Below, piece by piece: positions 12,639-25,589 of a stretch of 64,000 nucleotides of DNA. The DNA lies in assembly GCF_004010195.1 (NCBI RefSeq), contig NC_057750.1, forward strand, positions 1,159,768 to 1,223,767, read 5' to 3'. The notes beneath the pieces are model-generated. The model was not told the origin of the DNA. It did not search any database and saw only the letters and a program-made list of their open reading frames with translations. Position numbers and translations under genes: made by a program. Position 1 is the first letter of the stretch. Every line of letters begins with the position of its first letter. Origin of the DNA: Chiloscyllium plagiosum (lineage: Eukaryota).

Positions 12639-12747
12639 AAACACTTTCTCAGCACCTTCTGGTGTTACGGGAGCTCTGACATCCTTCATTAGCCATTCTC
12701 TCACATTTTTACAATCATGCCAAAACAGCTCATCCAGGGGTGTTGGA
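12639..12747 (+). CDS. Candidate internal exon B (NTFSAPSGVTGALTSFISHSLTFLQSCQNSSSRGVG), phase 2->0
   Basis: Acceptor tttgctttttttccactcgaacccacag, donor GGA|gtaaga; only open frame; phase matches exons A and C. Confidence 0.5.
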
Positions 12748-13134
12748 GTAAGACGTACACTGACTTCTTGCCTGCGGGATCTAATTTGGCACTCAGCCCA
12801 GATCGATGGCACAAACATTTCTTCTGTCGGCAGCTGTAAGACTCCTACATGAACTGAACAATGCCAATCCTCCTCCTGAAGTGTCACGGTGGGTTGCCAA
12901 CTCTCCAAGAATCCCTGATGTCTTCACAGATTGAAGGTTCATCTCCAGGAGACATTCCCAGGAGAAACATCATCTCAATTATTCCAAAAAAACATCTCAT
13001 TTCCATGGGCTTGTAAGTTAATGTCTGACTGAGAAATTCATTCACGTGATACAACAGTTTAATGATGGCACATTCATGAGTCCAGGTGATGGGGAATCTT
13101 CCAATCTATTTGTAATCATTAATAATTTTCAATT

Positions 13135-13650
13135 CTGGTCCCCCTGCTGTAGGAAGGATGTTGTGAAACATGAAAGGGTGCAGAAAAGATTTTATTGCCA
13201 GAGTTGGAGGGTTTGAGCTTTAGGGAGAGGCTGGAGAGGCTGGGGCTGTTTTCCCTGGTACGTTGGAGGCTGAGGGGTGACCTTATAGAGGTTTATAAAA
13301 CCATGAGAGGCATGGATAGGGTAAATAGCCAAGATGTTTTCCCAAGGTAGGGGAGTCCAAAACTAGAGGGGCATAGGTTTAAGGTGAGAGGGGAAAGATA
13401 TAAGAGGGGCCTAAAGTGCAAAGAGGGTGGCATGTGTATGGAATGAGCTGCCAGAGGAAGTGGTGGAGGCTGGTACAATTACAACATTTAAAAGGCATCT
13501 GGATGGGTATATGAATAGGAAAAGTTTGGAGAGATATGGGCCAAGTGTTGGCAAATGGGACTAGATTAATTTAGGATATCAGGTTTGTGGGAACAAGATA
13601 GACCAAAGGGTTTGTTTCCCTGCCATACATCTCTATGACTCTATGACTCA
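13135..13650 (+). mobile_element. CR1 LINE 3' fragment
   Basis: ggctgaggggtgaccttatagaggtttataaa...ggaatgagctgccagaggaag...ctctatgactctatga. Confidence 0.9.
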
Positions 13651-14761
13651 ATGGTGCTGTAAAAACATTTTCAACTCAATTATTTGCTGCTTTTACAAGG
13701 GCCATTTGTGCCAAGTCTGCCTCCCATGAATCTGGTGCCAATACAGAGATGGTAGGCAGAATGGCCTCCTTGTAAATGATGCTGTGATTTGATGATTGCA
13801 AAATGTTTATTGTTGAGTAACACACAGAACAATCAGATTCCAGGCTGTGAGCAATTCCACAGGCCAACTGCTAGCATCATGTTTTAAAAATGCTTGCTAC
13901 GCTAAATGCAGCCACATAACTGCCAAGGTTCATTGTCGTTGCTGCACATTTGTAAAATTCTAATTATTTTCACACGAAGCATATGGTGCCTGATACTATT
14001 GCTGCTGTCTTTAGGATGAGATTGAATTTCTTGAGTGATTACACAGTCCATCACATTGAGGTATCTGGTAGTGGACGCCTGAGGTTTGTTGTCCCAGTGG
14101 AAGCACAGATAGGGTTCTGAGACAGTGTGAACCTTGTCCTTTAACCTCGGGATCACTTTTCAGGTCAGAGCTGAAGTAGGAGTTGGGGATATTTGAAAAA
14201 TGTGAAAACACAGATTGATTGCAGGGCCCAGAGTATAGCAGATCACACTACCTCGTCCAATAGTCTTCCCACTGTGTCGCCTTATTAACCGACTGCACAT
14301 TAGCAGGACTTTTGTAAATGGGCCTGAAAGGGTTAATACTAGTCTGAGTGCGATAAGCAGCACCCATAGTGGTGAAGACTTGGTGCGGGAGTCACAAAGG
14401 ATCTTAACAAAGTTACACCTAGTCCTCCTAAGAGTCTCTGTAATACTGTACACTCTGCCCTTGTAACCTGTAAACACTGGCAGAGATGTGATCCATGAAA
14501 TCTTTCTACCACAAGAAACTCTTTTAGTTAGACCAGCCAATGGGCTGTCCTCATCCCAGGCAGCACAGGCTTTGGAGAAACATTGAGGGTATTGGTGGCT
14601 CTTCAGCAAGGTGATGGCCTAATGGTGTTATCACTGGAGTATTAATCCAGTGACACAGCCAATGTTCTGGTGCATTGGGTTCAAATCCTGCAATTTTAAA
14701 AATCTGGTATTACAAACCTAATGGTGACCATGAAACCATTGTTGATTGTTGGGAAAACCCC

Positions 14762-17323
14762 AGCCAGGAGGGCACATGAGGAGTCTTTGGCAGGTAGGAT
14801 CAAGGAAAACCCCAGCCAGGAGGGCACATGAGGAGTCTTTGGCAGGTAGGATCAAGGAAAATGCAAAAGCCTTCTATAGCTATATCAGGGATAAAAGAAT
14901 GACTAGAGTAAGGTCAAGGACAGTAGTGAGAAGTTGTGCATGGAATCTGAAGAGATAGGAGAGGAGCTAACTGAATATGTTTCATTAATATTCACACTGG
15001 AAAAAGACAATGTTTTCAACGTGAATACTGAGATACAGGCTAATAGACTAGGTTCATATGGTGGACGAGTTAGCAAGTTTGGAAAGTGTGAAAATAGATA
15101 AGTCCCCTGGGCCGGATGGGATTTATCCTAGGATTCTCTGGGAAAGCCTTTGGTTTTGATCTTTATATCAGCATTGTCTACAGGAATGTTGCCAGAAGGC
15201 TGGAGGATAGCAAAAGTTGTTCCCATGTTCAAGAAGGGGAGTAGAGACAACCCTGGTAATTATAGACCAGTGAGCCTGACTTCAGTTGTGGGTAAAGTGT
15301 TAGAAAGGGTTATAAGAGATAGGATTTGTAATCATGTATAAAGGAATAAGTTGATTAGGGATAGTCAACACAGTTTTGTGAAGGGTAGGTCATGCCTCAC
15401 AAACCTTATTGAGTTATTTGAGATGGTGACCAAACAGGTGGATGAGAGTAAAGCGGTTGATGTGGTGTCCATGTATTTCAGTAAGGTGTTTGATAAGGTT
15501 CCCCATGGTAGACAGTTGCAGAAAATACAGAGGAATTGGATTGAGGGTGATTTAGGGATTTGAATCAGAAATTGGCTAGCTGTAAGAAGACAGAGGGTGG
15601 TGGTTGATGAGAAATGTTCACCCTGGAGTTCAGTTACAAGTGGGGTACTGCAAGGTTATGTTTTGGGACCACTGCTGTTTGTCATTTTTATAAAAGACCT
15701 GGATGAGGGCGTAGAAGGATGAGCTAGTAAATTTGCGGATAACACTAAAGTCAGTGGAGTTGTGAATAGTGGTTAAGGATGTTACAGTTTATGGAGGGAC
15801 ATAGATAAGCTGCAGAGCTGGGCTGAGAGGTGGCAAATGGAGTTTAATGTGGAAAAGTGTGAGGTGATTCACTTTGGAAGGAGTAACAGGAATACAGAGT
15901 ACTGGGCTAATAGTAAGATTCTTGGTAGTGCAGATGAGCAGGGAGATATTGGTGTCCATGTACATAGATCCCTGAAAGTTGCCACCCAGGTTGAAAGGTT
16001 TGTTAAGAGATAGGATTTGTAATCATGTATAAAGGAATAAGTTGATTAGGGATAGTCAACACAGTTTTGTGAAGGGTAGGTCATGCCTCACAAATCTTAT
16101 TGAGTTATTTGAGATGGTGACCAAACAGGTGGATGAGAGTAAAGTGGTTGATGTGGTGTCCATGTATTTCAGTAAGGTCTTTGATAAGGTTCCCCATGGT
16201 AGACAGTTGCAGAAAATACAGAGGAATGGGATTGAGGGTGATTTAGGGATTTGAATCAGAAATTGGCTAGCTGTAAGAAGACAGAGGGTGGTGGTTGATG
16301 AGAAATGTTCACCCTGGAGTTCAGTTACAAGTGGGGTACTGCAAGGTTATGTTTTGGGACCACTGCTGTTTGTCATTTTTATAAAAGACCTGGATGAGGG
16401 CGTAGAAGGATGAGCTAGTAAATTTGCGGATAACACTAAAGTCAGTGGAGTTGTGAATAGTGGTTAAGGATGTTACAGTTTATGGAGGGACATAGATAAG
16501 CTGCAGAGCTGGGCTGAGAGGTGGCAAATGGAGTTTAATGTGGAAAAGTGTGAGGTGATTCACTTTGGAAGGAGTAACAGGAATACAGAGTACTGGGCTA
16601 ATAGTAAGATTCTTGGTAGTGCAGATGAGCAGGGAGATATTGGTGTCCATGTACATAGATCCCTGAAAGTTGCCACCCAGGTTGAAAGGTTTGTTAAGAA
16701 GGTGTATGGTGTGTTAGTTTTTATTGGTAGACGGATTGAGTTTCTGAGCGATGAAGTCATGCTGCAGCTGTACAAAACTTTGGTCAGGCCACACTTGGTG
16801 TATTGCGTGCAGTTCTGGTCACCTCATTATAGGCAGGGGATGTGGAAGCTTTGGAAAGGGTTTAGAGGAGATTTACTAGGATGTTGCCTGGCATGGAGGG
16901 AAGGTCTTAATGAGGAAATGCTGAGTGAGTTGAGACTGTTTTCATTCGAGAGAAGCAGGTTAAGAGGTGGCTCAATCGAGACATATAAGATAATCAGAGG
17001 ATTAGATTGGGTGGACAGTGAGAGTCTTTTTCCTCGGATGGCGATGGCTAGCACGAGGGGACATAGCTTTAAACTGAGGGGTGATAGATATAGGACGGAT
17101 GTCAGAGGTAGTTTCTTTACTCAGTGAGTAGTAGGGGCGCTGAACATACTGTCTGCAATAGTAGTAGACTCGCCAACATTAAGGGCATTTAAATGATCAT
17201 TGGATAAACATATTGATGAAAATGGAATAGTGTAGGTTAGATGGGCTACAGATTGGTCCCACAGGACAGCGCAACTTCGAGGGCCGAAGGGCCTGTACTG
17301 TGCTGTAATGTTCTATGTTCTAT
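14762..17323 (+). pseudogene. 5'-truncated CR1 LINE, disrupted ORF2 reverse transcriptase
   Basis: Motifs KSPGPDGI, PGNYRPVSLTSVVGK, SQHSFVKGRSCLTNL, SKFADNTK, LVRPHLVYCVQFWSPHY; stops and frameshifts; tail gttctatgttctat. Confidence 0.95.
15313..16698 (+). repeat. 691-bp tandem duplication inside the CR1 RT
   Basis: Copies start at 15313 and 16004 and are nearly identical (ORFs 15351 and 16042 almost the same). Confidence 0.95.
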
Positions 17324-17979
17324 CTGGGTCACTAATGTCTTTCAGGGAAGAAAACTGTTGTCCTTACCTGGTCTGACCTACATGTGACTCCAGTCCCATA
17401 GCAATGATTAACTCTCTGGGCAATTAGGGATGGATAATTAGTGCAGGTATAGCCAGCGATGCCCTCATCCCATGAATGAATAAAACAAAACTGACAGCAC
17501 GGACAATCTTTAACTATCCAACTTCAAACAGAAACCTGAATAGAAGACGGAGAAGAGGAAGGAAGGCCAATGAGAAAGATTGGAGAAAAGAAAGTAATAT
17601 TTGGAAATGAGGGTCTTGTTTATTAGAACAGAAGAACAAAGACCTAGGAGCAGCAAGAGGCCACTCACCCCTCGAGCCTGCTCCGCCATTCAGTACCATC
17701 ATGGCCGATCTCATCAGAGTTTCAACTCCACTTTCCTGCCCACTCCCTTTCACCAAATATTCCTCTCAGATTTACAAGGAAACCTTGAGCTGTAATTTTC
17801 ACTGACCCCCAGGACCCCACAATGCCTATTTCACCCTCCCAACCTCACCATCAGTGACTGCCATATTGGGCCTGATTGATCTCAGGCCTTTGGCCAACAG
17901 AATCCTTCAGACCCCTCCCCTTCCACCTCCAATCCTTATCCATCCTCTCCCCACTAATCAGCTGTCAACCGGGCAGAGA

Positions 17980-18340
17980 TTTGATTTGATTTGGTTTGAT
18001 TTATTGTTGCCACATGTACCTAAGTACAGTGAAGCGTTTTGTTCTGTGACCAGTACAGTCTGATCATAGCAAACAAGGATATGTTATGATAAGCACAGGG
18101 TGCTTTGACAGAAAGAGGCACACAGGGTTACAGCTGCACAGGAGCTGTGTGAGGCAAGATCAACTTTATTTGAAGTTAGGTCCATTCAACAGTCTGATAA
18201 CGGCAGGGAAGAAGCTGTTCTTGAACCTGTTGATGCATGTTCAAGCTTCTGTATCTTCTGCCTAATGAAAGAAGTTGTAGGAGAGCATTACCGGGATGGG
18301 AGGGGTCTTTGATGATGATGAAAGCCTTTCCATGGCAACG
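17980..18340 (-). mobile_element. Rex1/Babar-type LINE 3' fragment
   Basis: Reverse complement of the 7300-7410 type tail (gggaagaagctgttcttgaacctgtt...gtatcttctgcc). Confidence 0.65.
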
Positions 18341-18767
18341 AAAAGGGTTGTTCTAACTCTAGGCCTTGTTCAAACAAGGGCCTTCTATTGAGGAATCTCA
18401 CTGGATTCACTGCTCGAGAGATAGCGATGGAAATCTAATTGAAGGCAACGTTCCCTCAAGGTTATATGGTTGTCTGGCCTCAGAGCTCCATATGGCAAAT
18501 GATAAAATATAAGAGGGAACATGGATCACAGGAGTATCTCCAAATACTGGGAACTCCCAAAATGGGCAGAATCACTGCTTTGTCAAAATTAGGAGAAAGT
18601 GAGGACGGCAAATGCTGGAGATCAGAGTCGAGAATGTGGTGCTGGAAAAGAACAGCAAGTCAGGCAACATCCAAGGAGCAGGATGCTCGAAATGTCAAAA
18701 TTCGATTGGACACAGGAGTTTGTGTGAGGAATGAGTCAGGTGATTGGTTCCTCTTACCTTGCCCACC

Positions 18768-18974
18768 CTGGAGACCAATGCTGATGGGCCCTGGAGACCA
18801 ATGCTGATGGGTCCTGGTGATCAATGCTGATGGGTCCTGGAGATCAATGCTGATGGGCCCTGGAGATCAATGCTGATGGGCCCTGGAGATCAATGCTGAT
18901 GGGCCCTGGAGATCAATGCTGATGGGCCCTGGAGATCAGTGCTGATGGGCCCTGGAGACCAATGCTGATGGGTC
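18768..18974 (+). repeat. 23-bp minisatellite (CTGGAGA[C/T]CAATGCTGATGGGCC)n, ~9 copies
   Basis: Direct tandem repeat with no variable spacers. Confidence 0.95.
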
Positions 18975-19069
18975 AAATTTAGACTGGGAGTTTGTTCTCT
19001 CGATGTTCCCTCACTCCTGTGTGAAGGCCAAACAGCAAATGCAGCCTTTCAAACTTGTGCAAGTATACA

Positions 19070-19195
19070 AATTCTGAAGAAGACTTACTCTAGTCTTGAA
19101 ATGTTCACTCTGTTTCTCTCTCCACAGATGCTGTCAGGGTTGTTGAGTTTCTCCAGCAATCTCTGTTTCCACAGCATCTGAAGGACTTTGTTTTT
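19070..19195 (+). mobile_element. Penelope-derived family 3 unit with decayed hammerhead motif
   Basis: ctgaagaa gact-tactct-agtc tt gaaa tgtt followed by ctctccacagatgctg...gagtttctccagca. Confidence 0.55.
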
Positions 19196-19917
19196 CTCAC
19201 TTTGAGATTTAAACAATAGCTGGGGTGTTAGCAATGACTCTGGATGGTTGCCCACACTAGTATAGACACTTTCATTCTATGTTCACTTAGAAATAGCAAG
19301 CCTTGGACAACACAACCTGAGACTGGGTCCTGAGTATTGTGAGAAATGAAGACTTTGTCATGCACCTTGTAGTTCACTACAAGAGGCTTCATGTGAAGCA
19401 CCAAGCACTCAGGAATTGGGTGGTTGGACCATGTTACAAAAGCTCCAGATTTCTCTTCTGAGTGATTAGAAAGTCGTGTTATGGTCCCAGTAATGAAATT
19501 ATTCAACAAACTAGCCCTTTGTTATGATCTGACTTGATGGGCCATAATCTTTGGAATGATAGAAAGCATGAAAGAAAACAAAGGAAGGAAACTAAGTGGC
19601 AGGATTCCAGGGTTGAACTGAAATGCCAACAATAATTATCCTTATTATACAAACTTGAACAAAATAAACATAAGCAAATCTGCAAACTGCGACAGACAGG
19701 TATTATAGTTCTACCAACAGCACATAGACTACAGCGGTTCAAGAAGGCAGCTCACCCCCACCTTCTCAAGGTGCAACTAGGGATGGGCAATAAATGTTAG
19801 ACAAGCCAGCAACACCCTCATCCCATGAGTGCTTGATTTTAAAGCATTTACTTGAAATATATAACACAGACTCTGATATTCAGCATCAATGTGATAAATC
19901 TGAGTTAACGGACAAAC

Positions 19918-20913
19918 TGTGACACACCATCCTACACTTTAACAGGTCAATGTGGTTAAAGCAGATCCCACACTGACATCAATGATACTACGGCTCATGA
20001 AATCTCTTTCAAGCCCATCTCATTCAGAAAGGAATTCCAATCCTTCACTTTCAAATAGCTAGCACTGGCATTCATTCCAAGCTTCTCCGACTGGCTTTCC
20101 TCAATTATTGCTCAGGTCTCGATAAGTCAATCTCTTCTCCCGAGACTGAAAGTACTCTGAAGTGTCTTATTGCCAGCTAGATTCACTGAGCAGCCATTGA
20201 ATTTCTCTCAGCTCAAATGTTTCCCGATTGCAACAAGCAAATAATGCTTGTGGGTTTCATTCACCCAATCTTAGTTGTAATGAATTATCAATGCTTTACA
20301 GGGGCTTGTCTTTAGCCCCAGCTGGACAGAGCATCATTCCCTGGGGTACCTTCTGATTTCTAACCGCTTTGAATCTGCCAACAGCAACATTTGTTGTGCC
20401 TGGAGCTATTGTATCTATTCCTGTTCTGTCCCAGCAACTGATCTCTCCCAGCAAGCACACACCCAGTTAAACTGAAACCAGAGAACCTCCTGACTCCATG
20501 ATGATACATCTTTTTTAACCTCCTCTTTCAGCTTGAGAGAATGTTTTTGAGTTAATTCAGCCCTACCCCTCCCTCTGGATTGCCATTACTGCAAGCTTGC
20601 AAACACCACTTCTCCAATCCACCTGCTGTTTTATAGCTCCATCCCTTCTATTCTATTTCTATTAAACAAACGTTGGTAGCTTTCTGAAGTGCCATTTGTT
20701 TTAGGTGTTCTAGCAATCACTATAGCCCAGCATTTATATCCTTAGCTTCCTAACTATTAACCCCTTAAAGCAACATGACCCCAAACTTTTAACAGCACCA
20801 GATTTCAAAATACTTTACTTACTTTTAACCAGCTCTCTACTCTTAAACTTTCATTCGAAAAACTAAAAGGTCTACACTAAAACACTAAAACATGAGAGCC
20901 TGAATGTGTCACC
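19918..20913. mobile_element. Possible solo LTR
   Basis: ~1 kb block bounded by short inverted termini tgtgacaca...tgtgtcacca; no clear TSD. Confidence 0.25.
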
Positions 20914-21094
20914 AAGTGGTTCCAATTATCTAGCATTGCCCTAGAATCTCCAGCAATTAAAAATCCTGATCTCTACTCTGAGCAACCCAAGAGAAAATCA
21001 CAGAAGCATTAAAAATATGGATTCTGCTTTAATTTTCTTCATATATGCATTTTAACATATTGGTGCTGGGGAAAGAAAAATGACTTCATTGCCT

Positions 21095-21430
21095 TGCAGA
21101 AGTTCACTAAGGCTTCTCCTGAGACAGCACCTTCCAAACCCACGACCACTTCCATCTAGAAGGACAAGGGCAGCAGATACATGGGAACACCACCCCCTGC
21201 AAGTTCCCCTCCAAGCCCCTCACAATCCTGACTTGGAAATATATCACCGTTCCTTCAGTGTCGTTGGGTCAGAATCCTGGAATTCCGTCCCTAGGGGCAT
21301 TGTGGGTCAACCCACAGCACATGGACTGCAGCGGGTCAAGAAGGCAGCTCAACCCCACCTTCTCAAGGGGGCAATTAGGGACGGACAATAAATGTTGGAC
21401 AAGCCAGAAGCACCCCATCTCACGAATGAA
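21095..21430 (+). mobile_element. 3' end of the family-B partner LINE
   Basis: cagcaccttccaaacc...ccatctagaaggacaagggcagcagatacatgggaacacc...caataaatg; reverse matches at 34345-34815 and 50440-50990. Confidence 0.75.
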
Positions 21431-21498
21431 TTTTTAAAAATAGTCATATTTGTGAAAGCTATCGGAGTAAGTCCGACTGCAGTTAGCATTCCTAACAG

Positions 21499-21600
21499 GA
21501 AGTTCTGCTGGACACCTCTGATCGGTGGGATCGACTGAAGAAGGCTACGGTTCTTTCCCGGCATTTGTTGGGAGCAGTGAAGAAACGGTGTTTGGAGAAG
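21499..21600 (+). CDS. Candidate internal exon C (EVLLDTSDRWDRLKKATVLSRHLLGAVKKRCLEK), phase 0->0
   Basis: cattcctaacag| ... AAG|gtgaga; 102 nt, only frame 0 open, CpG-rich relative to flanks. Confidence 0.65.
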
Positions 21601-22509
21601 GTGAGAGCTCCACATTCTCCAGTGCGATAGTTAAGAGTTCATTTGTGAAGTGAACAACACCATGTTTGTGTGCGTTGCTTTCTGGCTTTATCTCTCAGTC
21701 TCTATGCAATGTTTTGTTTTAAATTGGTAACATAGGGAGCTGAGACAGTGTTTGATTAGAGCGAGTGTGCTATCGGTGGCTGGGTGCAGGTGCAGCCACC
21801 AAGCTTCCTCATCTTCTCCATTTTATCTTTCTGAAGGAATGCGATGGGTTGGAATGAATTCAGCATCAGTGGTCTGTTAGAGAGAACCCTCCAGTCAATC
21901 TTTGTTATTGCATTTTACATTTAAAGGGGTGTCTGGCCGGGCATGTGTTGCCAACTACAGAATACTTGAAAAAGATTAAAGGTTAGAAAGGCACAAGAGT
22001 CAAACTCAACACTGTTTTCAGACAGCATGTTAAGAGATTGTTATAAACGGCTCAGATGAGCTGCAAAGTTTGGGTGAGTAGATCAGTAAACATCTTTTAA
22101 ATAGTGTAGACGGACAATAGATTTCCCTTTTGTCCTTATCTTCTGCTTTTAGTTTCTGAGGTAATCAGCAAATAGTACGTGGTCTGATTTCCACCTCTCT
22201 TTGGACGAATGACAATCCCTACATTGTCACCAATAGGGTGGCATTTTAATTCCAAATTGTTATTGACTTCAAATGTCATCACCGCCTGCCATGATGAGAT
22301 TTGAACCCACATTCCCCAGAGTATTTGTGTGTGGCTCTGGAATACTAGCCCAGTGACATTACCACTACAGTACTCCCTCCCCTAACCACCTCAAAAAATC
22401 CTCCCTCAGTTTTGAACACGTTTCAACTCTCATATGACCCACCCTCAAAGTTTGGATCATTCTAATAAATCATGTGTCTGACATTCCCGTGTGTCTGGAC
22501 CGGTCACTC

Positions 22510-22900
22510 ACACTGGGACTGTTTTCTCTGCAGCGCCAGAGGCTGGTGGTGACCTTTTATGGAGATTTATAAAATCACGAGGGATATGGATACGGTGAAT
22601 ACCAAAGATCTTTTCCCTCGGGGGTGGGTGAATTCAAAACGAGAGGGCATACTTTTAAGGTGAGAAGAGAAAGATTCAAAAGGGACCTGAGAGGCGACAT
22701 TTTCACACAGAGGGCGGTTCGTGTGTGGAATGAACTGCCAGAGGAAGTGGTAGATGCAGGTACAGTTATAATGTTTAAAGAACATTTGGACATGTACATG
22801 GATACAAAAGGTTTGGAGGGATATGGACCAAGTTTAGTTTGGGATTATGGGTCAACATGGACTAGTTGGACTGAAGGCTCTGTTTCTGTGCTGTATAACT
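22510..22900 (+). mobile_element. CR1 LINE 3' fragment
   Basis: KTRGHTFKVRRERFKRDLRGDIFTQRAVRVWNELP. Confidence 0.9.
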
Positions 22901-23359
22901 ATCATTCACAGAATGGGGGTTTTGAATCTCCCTGCTTGATTTCCTGCTCAGCATATCAACCACACGCTCAGATCTCAAACTTGAATGCCACCAGAATATT
23001 AATTGAACTATTCTGGAATTCTTGGTTCAGAATCTTCAGCTGACAAACAGCACCCACCATCTTCCTGCTCTTTGGGTAACACTGCAAATCAGGGAATGGA
23101 TGGCCTGTTCATCGGAAGAAGTTTCATATTAATTTATTATACATGAGCTTTGAGACCACAACAAAACACGTGATAACCCATTCTGTGAATACCAGTCTTT
23201 TCCCTGCTGTAACTGGGTGCAGCAACCCAGCTTTCCCTCTTTCGACTTTTCCAATTTGAATTTCTTTTGTTCATTTTCTTATCTCTCTGTCTTTTGTGCT
23301 TAAATCTGTGTTTCTCTTTCCTCTCTGAATGCCTTTCTCTGTCTTTGGCTTTCTGCATC

Positions 23360-23500
23360 CCTGTCTGTCTGTCTGTCTGTCTGTCTTTCTCAGTCTCTCT
23401 CTCCCTCTCCCCCCCTCTCTCTCTCTGTCTGTCTCTCTCTCTCTCTCTCTGTTTGTCTGTCTGTCTCTCTCTGTCTGTCTGTCTGTCTCTCTCTCTGTTT
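23360..23500. repeat. Compound (TC)n/(TCTG)n microsatellite
   Basis: Directly visible. Confidence 0.95.
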
Positions 23501-24596
23501 GGCATGTATTCTCAGGTTGCTCACATTTTGTGTTCCTTTCTCTGTCTCCCATCTCTTTTTGTCCTGCTATCTCAATTTCTCTAATTCCACTTGACAACAG
23601 TTTCTTGCTTCAGCTCCAATCGTTGCTGCTTCATCATTGACTAAAAGAAACCATTTATCTTGTACTGAACAATCACTGTGCCAGACGATTACAGACCAAC
23701 TTGTATGATGCAGTGTTCCATTAGTAGCTGTCTCCATAAACAGTGGCTACAACTGGACTCAGATTTCAAACATTACAATTTAAAATACAGTTTATGGAAA
23801 ACTAGAAACTTAAAAAATTGCCTTTATATTTCAACACCTACGTTCAATGTCAAATTATCCAATTATTTGCACCACCGAGTTATTCAACATGATTAAAAGC
23901 ATGTTGAGATGTGGGAAGGTGGAACAGATATAAATTCTAGCTGGTCTTAAACAATATTAAGCAAGATGCGTGTGTGTGAACATTTTGATCTTTCCAAGAC
24001 TAAAGATGCTTATTTTGTCTTTCACTCTTGGCACTCACTCGGCCAAACCTTTTAGCTACTGCCAATGATTACAGGCTTCAAATTTATTTTGAAATTCTGT
24101 TCCTCAAAGTGTTTGTTGGCATCAGATTTATCTGTAGTAGCTGGTCTCTGTATATTCTGTAGTCCATCATTACAGCCCACTTATACTGGAAATACTCTGG
24201 CGAGTAACTCATCTCCTGACTCCCCAAAGCCTGTCCCACCATCAGGGGAGAGGGGGGAAGGGGGCAATGTTGGGACAGGCGGCAATGCTGTCACGCCAAG
24301 ACTGAATAAAGAAGTTAATCCCTGGCAGCACTAAGGCTGATTTCCCAGTGCATGACAGCGTTGAAACCCAAATGCCTAAGAGGGAAACCAGCAAGAATTG
24401 AGAGAAGAGTTGGGGGAGGAGACCCAAAGACATGGTCAACAAGGAAGGTTGGAGGAGGCCAACAAAGATCCCAACTGCCAGCGCCCAAGGACTAAAACCT
24501 GTGAGAAATGGGGAGGGTGATGTTAAGTGGACAGCAATCCTGAAGGACACATCCCAGCAGAGAGTCTGGCGCTTTGCCCTATTGCTGGTGAAGGGT

Positions 24597-24731
24597 GCTG
24601 GTGATTTCTGATCAAGGACTTATGCCCGAAATGTCAATTCTCCTGCTCATCAGATGCTGCCTGACCTGCTGTGCTTTTCCAGCACCACACTCTCAACTCT
24701 GATCTCCAGCATCTGCAGTCCCCACTTTCTC
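24597..24731 (+). mobile_element. Penelope-derived family 1 unit, mutated hammerhead core
   Basis: 12-bp TSD ctggtgaagggt (24585, 24732); CUGAUCA AGGAC-UUAU-GCCC GAAA UGUC. Confidence 0.75.
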
Positions 24732-25010
24732 CTGGTGAAGGGTACAGCAGAGGTTGGGCAGAGGGCTGGTAGAGATGGGAGCGGGCAAGATATGTTGTGC
24801 CCACATCTGAGTGTGCAGCTTTGTTGGGCTCTCTGTTCTATGTCTATCAGGTTGTATGACGTGGTGATTTTTATGATGGTGGGGAATATCCTCCACTTCC
24901 AACCAAAAAGGTGGTCAATACCTGTGGTCAGTAGTAGACTCGCCGATGTTAAGGGCATTTAAATAGGCATTGGACATATATATGGATAACAATGGAATGG
25001 TGTAGGTTAA

Positions 25011-25340
25011 GGGCAGCACAGTGGCTCAGTGGTTAGCACTGCTGCCTCACAGCGCCAGGGACCCAGGTTCGATTCCAGCTTCGGGTGACTATCTGTGTGG
25101 AGTTTGTACATTCTCCCCGTGTCTGGGTGGGTTTCCTCCGGGTGCTCTGGTTTCCTCCCACAATCCAAAAGATGTGCAGGTCAGGTGAATTAACCATGGG
25201 AAATTGCCCATAGTGTTAGGTGCATTAGTCAGGGGTAAATGTAGGATAGGGAAATGGGTCTGGGTTGGTTAATCTTTGGAGGGGTCAGTGTGGACTTGTT
25301 GGGCAAAAGGGCCTGTTTCCATACTGTAGGGAATCTAATC
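25011..25340 (+). mobile_element. HE1-like V-SINE nested in a CR1 tail (24925-25545)
   Basis: Full SINE; CR1 3' UTR sequence on both sides. Confidence 0.85.
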
Positions 25341-25400
25341 GGATTCATTTCGCACATTGGCTCAATATCGAGGGCTGAAGGGCCTGTACTGTGCTGTAAC

Positions 25401-25525
25401 GCCAGCCTCATTCCTGAAGAAGGGCTTATGCCCGAAACATCGATTCTCCTGCTCCTCGGATGCTGCTTTTCCAGCACCACACTTTTCAACTCTGGTCTCC
25501 AGCATCTGCAGTCCTCACTTTCTCC
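25401..25525 (+). mobile_element. Penelope-derived family 1 unit with hammerhead motif (25414-25441)
   Basis: 7-bp TSD ctgtaac (25394, 25526); CUGAAGA AGGGC-UUAU-GCCC GAAA CAUC. Confidence 0.8.
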
Positions 25526-25589
25526 CTGTAACATTCTATGTTCTACCTCGGCTGCCCCACAGCGACAATCCACTGGGAGTGTCATGAAT

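Larger units (their letters stand above)
14608..17485 (+). mobile_element. Family B SINE split by a ~2.5 kb CR1 insertion (halves 14608-14760 and 17324-17485)
   Basis: SINE head ends ...gggaaaaccc and resumes atctgggtcactaatgtc after the CR1 tail. Confidence 0.7.

Noticed and set aside
18768..18974. 23-bp repeats as a CRISPR array
   Set aside because: Contiguous tandem units with no unique spacers, no cas genes, eukaryotic context.
23137..23640. ER/RQTD-rich and LS-rich ORFs
   Set aside because: Translation of TC/TCTG microsatellite.
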